DNA of 64,000 nt from Pelomyxa schiedti (Eukaryota; Protista; Evosea), in contig JAHLWZ010000123.1 in the NCBI GenBank assembly GCA_020536535.1, forward strand, positions 71,638 through 135,637, given 5' to 3'. Below are positions 1-11,646 of the stretch, piece after piece. Within the stretch, counting starts at the first letter, position 1; every line of letters begins with the position of its first letter. Under the pieces are notes generated by a model, which was not told the DNA's origin, made no database searches, and saw nothing but the letters and a program-made list of their open reading frames with translations. A program made the translations under genes and the position numbers.

Positions 1-3000
1 GCGTCCACATGGGTTGGATCCTTTTTGTCAGGACAGTCAATAAACAATAGACAGTAGGATTGGCATCATAAGTCAGTATTGCATCAAAGCCAGCATTCAT
101 CATGTCTGTGTAGTGACACGGCCAGGGTGCCGGAAATTGGAGGCCGTTGTTGTGGGGTTGGGTGAAGCATTTGGTTGAGAAGCTGGAGGAGGGTATTGCC
201 GAATCGGGGTGAAGTGAGAGTTGCCCCAACAGCGGAAGAGGGCGCTGTGCTTGTGTTGCCTGGAAGCGTTGTTGTACTTGGTACCGTAAACGCAGAGAGC
301 TTGGTGGGATTGGGGAGGTCTTCAATGGATATATTGTCACTTCCCTAATGTGGCATGTTAGAAAAGGAATTTCGACAGGTGAATGTACCAAACTTTTTTC
401 CTGAGAAGATTCTAGGGCGAATACAGTAACGGAGGAGAGAACTGAAGCGGCAGCCCACTTGTCAGAATGCTCCATACAGACCAGCGGCTGCATAAATGCC
501 GTTTTGTTCCGGGATGGTCTTACTTCAGGGGGAGTAAAGTGAACGGGAATGTTTGGTCCCCAGAAAGGTGAACAGCACCAGGGAAACTCATAGTCCACAC
601 CCCCAATAAATTGAGCACAACTGAAATCGGACAAATGTGCGGACCCTGTACAACCAAAATTAGATTGAAAGGATAGGTTAGCCACTATTCAAACATGTTT
701 GAGGTGCAGTCCCATTTGCTCCAGGATACGAAACAATGAGAATGTTCATAGGAGATATATTGGCGTGAACGAGTTTGTTCGTTGTGAGAAAACTCAGTGC
801 AAAACACAAATCCCCAAGAATATCACTGAGAGTGTCATGTGTGAGGTTGATGATGTTTTCCGGTCGAGCCAGCGTGAGAAGAGTAAATTCCATTTTTGGG
901 ACAATTGTTATGTAAAACAAATCGTGTTGCAGAGCATGCCGCTGATGAGAAACTAAGGATTGGTTATCGAACCACTGCCAAGGAGTGAGTACGTAAGAAA
1001 AAAAGGTTTCACTTCTTACCTCCGGCGGAAGAACTGAAGTGAAATGGTGGATCGGCTGAATTACACGTGGATGTCGTGGCAATTTATCGAACACACCTAG
1101 ATTTCAATAGGTATGGGAGGAAAAAGGGTGATTGCACACTGATTTCATGTATTTGTGAGCTGGAGTTCTGTGAAATTTTTGCCATATAAATTGTGGGGGT
1201 GCTATTGCCTGGAAGTGTGCACTCCAAGTAAACAGTGCAGCAGTCTTTGTCACTGACAGAGTGCCCACAGAACTTGACTGACCCGCTTATTCCTTTCATC
1301 CCTCCACCAATGCAAGTCATTATTCCTTCCATTTCAGAGATGGTTTTGGACCAAAATTTATCTTTGCCTCCCCACAATTTGAATAAATACTCTTCCTCGA
1401 GTGGTGAGCAGAACGCACTTGACAGTGGCTTTTCAAATACAACAGGGAAAGGCTTTGGTACCAAGGTGTTCACAGTGCACATGGGCATGGAAATAGAAGC
1501 GTGCTGGATGAAACCATCTTGTGTAGCCCATGCCATGTAGGAGTGTGATTGTGCTCCTATTCCAATCTCGGACAGAGAGAGAAAGGAAATATTTTTTTCG
1601 CTAAGTTGCTGGGATTTGACATTGGCAGACAGGGCAAAATCCCACAGGCAGAGCTCACCTCCGGTTATGAGTAACATTCCATGTAAAAAGTCGGAATTAC
1701 TGCTCCTTGTAGATTGCGAAGAAACACCAACTAGAGAAGAAATGATCGCTGAAGTAGTTGCATTTGTAGCATCTGAGTCCACTTCAATTGCCGTTGTCAA
1801 GTTATTAAGAGAGTCCCACACTAGAGCGCCTTTCTTGGCTGCAACCCATAGGGTGCTTAGGGGTTGCGAGTGTGATGCACATATTGAGGAACATAGAACG
1901 CTGCTTGCACAGACTACACCACTTTCAAGAATTGAATGGGTGAGTTGATGAAGTTGGGCATAAGTGCGGGTATCCAGGATGCGAACATTGGTATTGGTGC
2001 ACACAGCAACACTGTTTCCCAGTGACACTATCGACACAATACCTGAGGTGTTCGAAAAACCCAAGGAAAATATCTTATGGAATCTCATGTGCCCCAAAGA
2101 GCATTCCCACACACAGACATTTCCTTCGTCATCTCCACTCCACACCCAGCACACACCTGCACCAGCGGTTGTTGTGCTGTCAGGTGAGACAAGCGCAAGG
2201 GCAGTGACACCACATGGTGTTGAGTACGATCTACTTGTCTTATTTCCAACAACTTGAGCAATTGGATCACAATTTTCACCATCCCACATATGGATTTCCC
2301 CAGAGCAAGAAGAACTGAGCATCACAGATTTCAATAGACAACACTCACGTTCCCTTTCGGTTATAACATCTTCATCAATTTCAGCGACTCGCAGTGGAAG
2401 AAAGGATGTCACTTTCGCAGAGAAATGGGGTCCCCATCCATGTGCCTTCCAGTGAAGAAGGAGTTTGTCTGTACTGATAGGTTCTTTGTGACAGTCGATG
2501 TTAACAACAGCTATTGTGCCATTGTTAAAACCGCACCAAATGTGTGATGAGCTGCAACACATGGTACTGAGCGCAGATGTTATAACTTGCGTTTGCACTG
2601 CACTCTGAGGCGTAGGAGGAACTTTGGTGGGTGTTGGAGCTACTTTTACTGGAGTTTGAGGAGTAGGCTGTGGCTGTGACTGTGACATGAGGGGTGTTTG
2701 TGCTGTGTTGTTGCGCGTGGGAGTTTGTGGTGGTTGCTGTCTGGATGGTGTATGGGGGATTATTTGTTGTTGCTGGAGTTCTTGGTGCTGTTGAACAAGT
2801 GTAGAAATATTGAGAGAAACAAAAGGCTGAATCAGAGAGAAGCTACTCCACCCAGATACATCGTCTTCTTTCTGATCCACTATGGCAGTAGCAATAGGGC
2901 TGTTGCTTTCTGAGTTGGCTGTTTGAATAGAGGAAGTAGGATCACCCAATGCGTTATTGGCAGAGTTTTGAAGCTCTTCTGCACAGGAAATGGCATCTTT

Positions 3001-6000
3001 GTTGTTTTCAGGAAGACTAATGCCAGAGTCGGTTGTACTGTTATGTTGTGGAGTTACTTCAGCCGTGGAATCTTTCTCGGTGGTTGTAAGGTTGGTGATT
3101 ACATTGGGGGCACCATTCGGGCTCTCCAACGCAGAAGCTCCTTTTTCTGGTTGGACAGGAGGTAAAGGGTTGTTTTTCAAATCTTCTTCAATAAGTTCAA
3201 GCTCACTTGGGTCTAGTTCTTGATCAAGGCTTGTGGTTGGCGCCCTGGGGTAAAATGAATTACAGCACTATTAGTGAGGTGGAATTAAAATGAGAAGTTA
3301 CGGTTCGGTTGTGGACTGCAAAAGGCTGAGTATATCAGTGAAAGAGCCTCGGTTTGCTGGTAGTAAGGACCAACAGGAATCCATCACTTCAATTGCCCAA
3401 TGAGGGCAAGTCCAGGACCTGGTTCCGGTTGTGTGTGCCTGCAAGGGTGGTTCTGGATGAACCTTCCCCACAATCAATCCATTTCTCACACTAAGATCCT
3501 TCAATACAGGTTTTGAATTACTTCCCACAATGCTGTACATTGGATCACCCAACAATGACGAAAAAGCGGATGTGAGAGGATCAACTATCAATCGAGTCAG
3601 CATGCCAAAGCTCCACACATCAGCCTTTACGCCATATCTGGCTCCAGTCAATACCTCGGGAGCGAAAACGTCCGCACGCTCTCTTGCCCCCATTGACCCT
3701 CCTGATACCAGTTGCTCAGACAAGCCAAAATCTGCAACCTTTGCCCATGGGCCCGGTGCGTGCACGTCAAGTGAGCAAATGAAAACGTTCCCTTCAAGAG
3801 GAGTGAGATGTTTTGGAGGGAGTAGAATACGCATACCAGCATGCAAATCTCTGTGAAGTAGAGGTGGAACTTGGGAATGCAAATGATACATTCCACGGGC
3901 AATATCCGCTAGGATGTTCCTGCGAAGTTCCATTGGGAACAGCTGTTCCAACGTCTCCCGCTGCAACTCAAGTTCAGCTGCATGCTTCGAAGTTGAGGGA
4001 AGGCTTGAAGTATTGCTGCTGGATGTAGGAGCTGGTGAAGCATTTTGTAACAACGGTGCGACTGACGTGGAAAGCGAACTACATATGGCACCAGTGGAAG
4101 AGAATGCTGGAGCTACGGTTGATGATGACAGTGCAAGCAATTTTGGTGAGGAGGAAACTGCTGGCCTTGCTGATGATAACGAAAGAAGGGAAGGTGTTTT
4201 GGAAGAAGCTGAGCAGGAGCGGACTGGATTGGAAGTGGAATTTGAGGTGGAGGCTTCCCTTGGCAATTCAGGGCCCTCAACCTTGTCCAGTAAAAGTGTA
4301 ATAAGGTAGCCAAGGTCGGGCTTTTTCAGTGCTGAAAGGCCCAACGCGGTTTGCAAATCAGCTGGCATCATTGGCATAATGAATTCCATCACAAGGCAAA
4401 TCTCTGGGTGTGTGCACACGCCAAAAAAACGAACAATATTTCTGTGAGGAGGGACCATGCTCATCATGTTTGCTTCATATAAAAACTCTTGCAGTGCAGT
4501 GGCAGACACAGAGTATGCTGGGTCAAGCGGCTGCTTGACTGCCACCAAGTGACCCTTCCATTCTCCTTTCATAACTTTGCCAAATCCTCCTTGCATTGAT
4601 GTTGCAGATTCCCCGGTGTTTGCACCATTCCCTTGTTGGGTCCCAAATAACCTTATTTCTTCTCGAGAAAGTACTGGAAGGTGTACGAGGGCAATATCAG
4701 GGGCCAGAATCGACAAGCTTATTGCCCTGTCCCCCTGCTGTTCTGTATGATTGATATCTGACTTACAGTAGAGCACGAACTTCTCTAAATTTCTGGCTCC
4801 AATACACTCCGCCATTGAAAAAAGGTAAATGTCCTTGTGGTGCATATCTTGTGACGTCTTGAGGCAATGAGGGCATGGTATCAATTGACGCATTTCAGTC
4901 AAGAGAGAAGGGTAACAGCTGGTGAGCATTGCGAAAAAGGTGTTTATTATCTGCACCAACAGAAGCTGTCGGGGAAGCATGGAAACCGACGTAGTGGAGT
5001 TCATAGTTGGAGTAACAACGTGGGGAATTGTGGGTCCAGATGTTGTTGGTGGTGCTGTGTGAAAAAGAGATGGTAGTATGGGAGTCGAGGAACGTGGTTG
5101 AGAAGGTTTAAGAGGAGGGGAGGGTGGTGGGGAGGATCGAGGTGCTGATGGAGTAAAGGATACCTGGGTTGTTGAAGGTGGAATTGGAGCTGTAGGAGTG
5201 CGTGGGGGTGACCCACTAAAGGAAAGAAAAAGGGGAGGCGAGAAGTCTCGAACAGGACAAGAGATTGTAAGTGGCCGTAAGGAGGGTGCTGAATATGGTA
5301 CTGGGACATTAGGGGGTGCCACCAAGGAAGAAGTAGAGATTCCTCGCATTGGTTGGAGCCTTAGGTGCGGAGTGGAGACTGAATTTTTGGAGTTCTGTTG
5401 GGGAGGGGCAACCGGAATATCGTGGTCAGTACTCCAAATGGACACTGTAACAGACAACCGAGAGCGCTCTTCATCAAACTTCAAATCACCTTGCTGGGTA
5501 TTTCCAAGATAGGAAACTATCATCCCATCTCGCCAAAGAGATATTGGTGCTACACCCGGTATTCCGAGAATTCTTACCATGAGTCTTGCAAAAAGCCCAA
5601 CTGGAACAAAATTGAACTCGAAAACTCTTCCATGGTGATGTGCAGCAGTGGCTGGGTTGGGGCGGTAATTGGTAGTTCCAGGTTGGTTGTTGGATAGGGG
5701 CTGAGCCTGTGGCAAAGTTTGTGATAGGTCGTGCATACTGTTGGAACGCGACAAGTGACTGCCAAACGCAATTACACCCCTCTTTGACTTGAGAGGGTCA
5801 GTGTGTGGTAATAGGCAAGGTACAAGTATCCTTTCCTCTCCCCCACTAATATCAGGTATACGGTAAATGATCTCGAAAAGCTGTAACAACTCTATTAATG
5901 CGAGGTGCTGTTCATGAAAGCCCTTGAAAAGTTGGCAAAGATTGCTGGACAGCAGTATCCCGTCAACAATCCACTTGCCACTTCCCGATATGCTGATGAG

Positions 6001-9000
6001 ACGGCTCATTACGGATGAAAGCCATGACGGTTGAAGAACTACAAGGTTAGCAAGTGGTTCTTGTGCAACAGCAGCATTTTCTTGGACTCCTTCCGGTAGT
6101 TTCTGAGGAATGAAGTCTGCTTTGGACATGAAAGTGGCAGTTCGAAAGTGTATGAGAATTCCGCTATCGGCAAAGAAATCTGCACACATGCGGAGCTGTT
6201 TGTCGCTCTCATCATTTGGCTCCCGAATAACGCCATATGGAGATGCCATTTCGGCAAAGGCTCTCCATGAAATAGTGGGTTGTCGCACTTTCTGAATTTC
6301 CTGAAGTAAGGCTACCCATCTCTCAGGAACCAATACAGCTGTTTCTGCACATACATCTTCAAGTGTATCGGCTATTGATGACATTGCTTCCCCTCTGGGA
6401 CAATGAGAGACTTCAAACTCGCCTCCTCTTGTTTTGGGCTGCTCCAATTGAAAACCGTCACCAGTCTTTGCACTCAGAGCAAAAATGGCAAATAAGGTCC
6501 CAGCTCTGTGTTGTCGACACAACACCTCCAAGCATCTGACAACCATGCATTGATCTTGAACCATGTCCAAATGGGTACCAACTAGCATGATTGACGGAGG
6601 TTTCTGCCCCTCAAACTTATTGCTCCTCTGTGAGGCATGCACTTGCTTAACCCAGTATTGAATCTTTTTGCGAGAGCGTTGATCTAATACACCAGTTTCT
6701 TGTCTAATGGCAACAGATAAATCAAATAACAGAAGAAATATGGAATTGCTGCATCTAGGATAGTAAATTAGTTGCTTGTTTTTGTTTCTAGTGATTAATT
6801 TAGTGTTTGGAAGGGTCATAAGCACATACAAGAAAAATTGATGGGTTGGATAGAGTACATCCTGGCCTCCTGCAAAAAAAAGAAAGATGGGGTTAACCCA
6901 GTGCTATTAACACTACGAGACACACCTAGATCCCATGCAATCCACGACCACTTGCTTTTCTTCTTCATGAGAAATTGTGGATGTACTGCAATACCATCAG
7001 TGGCGACATTGACTCTTACATCAGCTTTTTTCAGTTGGCCCATAATGCATCGCAGTAAAGTTGTTTTTCCAGCAGCTCCTTCACCAACCAACAAAAGTTT
7101 TCGTTGCATCCAAGGGCTTGTCACATCGTTGAATGTAATAAAGTCTTTCAGCTTGTCCCAGGGCTGTGTACGATAACGCTCTGGTATTGTCGAAAGTGGG
7201 TTTTGTTTCAAGATTACATAAGGAAGCATTGACAATGCAGAAGGCAGTGATTGTAGGAAGTTGCCCGATAGGTCCAATGCAGAGCAACGAAGATGTCCAA
7301 CAACACTCGGGACTTCTTTGAGCTTTAAAAATGACATGTCAACAAACTGGTTATGTGTGGCATGGGCAGCACATATCCCGGCGATCGCCTCCCAGTTTCG
7401 ACATCTTGCGCACTCACGTACAAGAAGCAACACCGTCAAAGGATTTCCGCGTGAGGAGATTGTATGTGCAAGCTCTGCAATATCTCGGCGCTGCAGTGAG
7501 GCAATATTGACTGCATGGCGGCACAACAGCATCCTGATCATCTCATTGGATATTGTTACATCTCGGAACTGTGCGGCGTAGTGCAGAACGGAGGCAGACT
7601 CAACTGCGGAATCAAATAAAGGTGAATACGCAGTCATTGCACATGAGTGGTGATTCGGTTGCTTGGTTCCAGGAGAGGAAACGTTGACTGAAAGCAGCTG
7701 AATGCAGTGCTTCTGAACTTCCGTCAACACTATTGACAAGGAATCAAGGTTTCCGTCCCGAATGCATTGCCACAATGCATTGCAAAATGTTTGTTTGCAG
7801 TTCTGTGTGAGCTGGGTTAAACCATGTAAGTCTCGGGTGCTGGTAGATAAATCTAGATTTCTCAGAAGAAGTTCTTCAATCGTTTTTGCTTTGTTTTTTT
7901 TTCAGAAAAGCAAATTAGCGGCGTTTAGAAAAAGTATTTTGTGAGGACTCACATCCCACTCCAAATGATGTTATAACATGATTTGTGCTCAAGCAGTCTG
8001 TGAGAAGTCGAAGACCTTCTGGGCTAACACCATTTCCTGCAACAATGTTACAAAAGAGATGGATTAGAATAGTGTTCTATGCAGTACCCCATAAATTAAT
8101 TGAGCATAAGGTTGTATTTTGAGAAAGGCTGTCAGCTATGAATTTTACTCCCTCAGTTTTGAAACAGTTCTCTGTTATGGGACAGAAAAAATTAACTCCA
8201 TTTATCTGATTTCGATTGTGTTGGCTCTGGTACCAGAGCAGTCAAGAGAAAGAAGAGTCCTATTGACTTTCAGACTATCTGCAAGGTATTTTGCACCATC
8301 TTGAGCAATATTGTTCCCTTTTTTACAAACTTTAAAAAAACTTTTTGGGGAGTTCACTTCCATACACACTTGGTATTCTGAGGTCAGTTAATGAGGTGTT
8401 CACCTTCAGACACTCCGCCAGTGCCTTCACACCATCGGCACGAGGGCTGTCACGCAAAAGACCTTGAATGTCCAGAACCAAGAGGCTCGTGTTCACTTTT
8501 AAGCTCTGTGCAATGAGGTTCCAACCCTCAAATCCACAAATATTCTCTTGTTTGTATTAGGCCATTATGTCAAATATAATACAAAACAGTAACAGTACCA
8601 CCAATATCTAAAGAGGTCAGTGTTTCATTGACTTTTAGGCAATCGGCGAGTGCTTTGACACCCTCGAAACCAATGCTGTTCACTTGTGGGCAAATATGAG
8701 TGCAAAGGGGAAAAGTTCTGGTAGAGTTACTTTTTAGGTTGAGACAAGTGAGAGATGTGTTAGACTGCAGCATATCGGCAAGAGACTTTGCTCCGTCACT
8801 TCCAATGCTATTTCCTACTCGGTTTTTAAAATAAAGGGAAAATAAAAAAGCATGAATCATTAAAAGATACCTTGGAATATGAGAGCACTCAAACCCTTGC
8901 TTGTCTTCAGACTTTCAACAATGATTCGTGTTCCCCCAGCATCAATGTTGTTGTCTTTAGAAATGAATTATGCCAAGGTATAAGAAGGAAGCAGTCGAAC

Positions 9001-9191
9001 TAGACAGATCCAAAAACGTGAGGTTCGGATTCCGGATGTACGATGCAACGATCCTCGCTCCTTCCAGTCCTTGATACACAGTAAGGATCAAATTCCGCGC
9101 CTAAAAAGGGGCCAGGAAAAAGAAAGAGGGAACAGTCACCAGAGAGTTCTGTGTCAGCGAGTTGCACGGCAACCCTCTCACGCACATCCAT
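1..9191 (-). CDS. ROCO family protein: RNI-like LRRs, ankyrin-like/LRR, Roc GTPase, COR, TKL kinase, WD40-like propeller, second (pseudo)kinase; multi-exon, 3' end at or beyond window edge
   Basis: LRR exons (NSIGSDGAKSLADMLQSNTSLTCLNL). Roc motifs KLLLVGEGAAGKTT, WDLGGQDVLYPTHQFFL (after splicing), MLVGTHLD, ALSAKTG. COR region with HFR and CPHC. Kinase GGFGKV..VAVK, HRDLHAG, DFGLS, APE, DVWSFG. WD-like repeats in 1084-3180. Second kinase fold from about 1300 to about 130. Start ATG 9191 is inferred. Confidence 0.88.
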
Positions 9192-9898
9192 TCCCGTAGA
9201 TCTAGGGAGTGCTACGCGACGCTGTTACGCCCAACCAAACGTGAACCTGCGTCCTCCACCCTCACTCACACACGCAAGATCTACTCTTGGGGGTGTTTGT
9301 TTCGTTTTTTCCTACGATTTTTACTTCGATGTTCTTCGTTGTTGCACCGGCGAAAACTGTCAAATTGATGAATGTTCTGGCCTGAACCTCCCCTTTTTTC
9401 TCCGCATCACATCATCGCTACCACCAGTGTTACTTGTATGGGCACCCACGCAGAACCTTGGTCAGTTCTATGTGCTCTGCCATCTCTTCGATGTGTACCG
9501 GACACCACCAATTCGAAGAAATTTCACTGCCCAGGCGGCGCTTTTCAACAGCAACTTCATCCTCTGTGATTCCGAGTGTCTTGATTGAAACACTCGCATC
9601 AGCATCCTCCATATTTTGATGTTCCTCTTCTCCCACACAATTCTACCATCATTCAAGGCATCTCAATCCTCCCAATCTGGCATCAGAGTCAGTTTGAACT
9701 TTGTAGTGTGCTTGTGATGCAACCACTTCAGCCCTAACCCTAAGACTAAAACAGATCGGCTTCGTCTTCTGGGACCATGGTCGCCACACGTAACACGACT
9801 GCCCAGTCTATCGACTGCTCTGATGTACCCCAGACCCTCGAGACTCCCATCCCGATCTTCGCTTTCCGATAATTTCGTGGTTGATTAATTAATTGGCG

Positions 9899-11553
9899 AT
9901 GAACGACGAGCGTTCTTCTGGTATGTTTGCGGCGTTTTTCGACAAGACTGTGAACAACACAACGCCGGTCCCATCATCCAACACCAGCCGAAAACCCAAG
10001 CCCAAGAAAAAGAACAAAAAAGCGAAGCACACTACGCATGCGCTTGTTGGTTCCGCAGCCACAGATCTAGATCCGCATACCTCTTTGACAGCTCAACCCC
10101 CCAACAAAAAGCGAAGGAAGAATAAAGCCAACAGCTCCGCCAGCGATGAAGAAGCCGAAGCCGTTGAGCCGCAAACGCAACATAATAAATCGCCTCAAAA
10201 ACTCCCCGATCTCGCGAGTCAGAAACGACACACGCGAACGGCTCCCGTAACCGCGAAAAATCGCGCACTGATAAGCGACGCAGCAACAGCAGCAGCAGAC
10301 GCACCAACACCAAGAAAATCGGCTGCCTTGCTCCGGAGCAAAACTAAGCCACACAGCAGAAACGCTCGTCTGTTGTTCAGTCAGGGACCTCTCGCCACCT
10401 CCAAGAGTGCAAGTTCGGTGCCGGAAAGCGAAGTGCACAAAATTGCATCAGAAGCAGCATTGGTGTGGGGCAGGCTTACTGGAATGCGTGGGCCAGCTCC
10501 CATTCCTGATTTGCCCATGCCAACGGATAGTGGGGACGAACCTGTGCTTCGCGGGTTCCAGACGGGTGAAGACGAGAACGAGAGTGAATGGGAAATCAGT
10601 TCCAGCGAAGAAGACCTGGCACTCCGCGTGGATGGAGACGGCGGAGATGATGAGGATGACGGAGACGATTCACCCTCAATTCCAAGTGGCGAGTGGGAAG
10701 ATGTAAGCTCCGAGTCGGATGAGGGTTACAGCAGTGACGATTCTGAAGACGAACTTAAAAAAACCGTTGTCACAAGCAAGGAGCTAAAAGCTCAGCAAGT
10801 CCCCGAAACGGCCAAAGTGTTCCTGGGCCAAGTCCCCGCAGGTGTATCAAGTCACGAACTAGACACAGTTTTATCTTCATGCGGACCAATCAAGTTTGAT
10901 GTTTGGTTTATAAATCTTTTTTAACATCTAATTTTCTGTCATTATCACTTTCCAGGTCTGTCTTGGTGACCAAACATAAATCTGGGCTGCCCACAGTTGC
11001 AGCATTTGTCGAATTTGAGACAGCCAAGCATGCCGCAATAGTAATATTCCATATGATAATCCCTTTCAATGAACTTGTTGCAGGCACTGAAGCTGGGTAA
11101 GATTGTCCTTGCCGGCAAACAGGTGGAAATTACTCCTTGCCTGAAAGAGACTATCACCTGTCCTGGTAATAGTGGGTTTTGCTCCTTACCCACTCAACTG
11201 AGCTTGAACAAACAGAGGGTTGCACTACACTTTATATCAAGAACCTGGCATTTACCACAACGGAAACAAAATTGAGAAGCATCTTCTCCTCTTGTGGTGA
11301 GATATTAAACGTGAGACTTCCCAGGCACTCTGACACAAACAAGTCGAAGGGGTACGCAATGCCACTCACCTTTCCACCCTCTAATAACACCCCACAATCA
11401 CACAGAAGTGCATTCATCACCTTTGATTCCAGCAAAGCCCTGGAATTTGCCCTTGCCAAGAACCGCGTGGAGGTTGATGGAAGGCAACTCCTTCTGGAAC
11501 CTGCCTCATCATCACCATCACCAGTTCCCATGACCACTACCAAGTTATCCTGA
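9899..11553 (+). CDS. Two-RRM RNA-binding protein with basic/acidic disordered N-terminus (nucleolin/RBM34-like)
   Basis: RNP2 motifs KVFLGQVP and TLYIKNLAF; RNP1-like AAFVEFET and SKG|SAFITFDS; NLS-like KKKNKK and PPNKKRRK; acidic tract; GT-AG introns join ORFs 9893, 11069 and 11179. Confidence 0.8.
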
Positions 11554-11646
11554 AACCGCAACTGTCCTGACACAACCAGTTTGAACACTTTTGAACTTCA
11601 CGTTCGACAAAGAAGAAACGAAAAAAAGAAAACAAACCCAACAATC

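Noticed and set aside
9732-9743. CCCTAACCCTAA telomere-like repeat
   Set aside because: Only two units; expected by chance.
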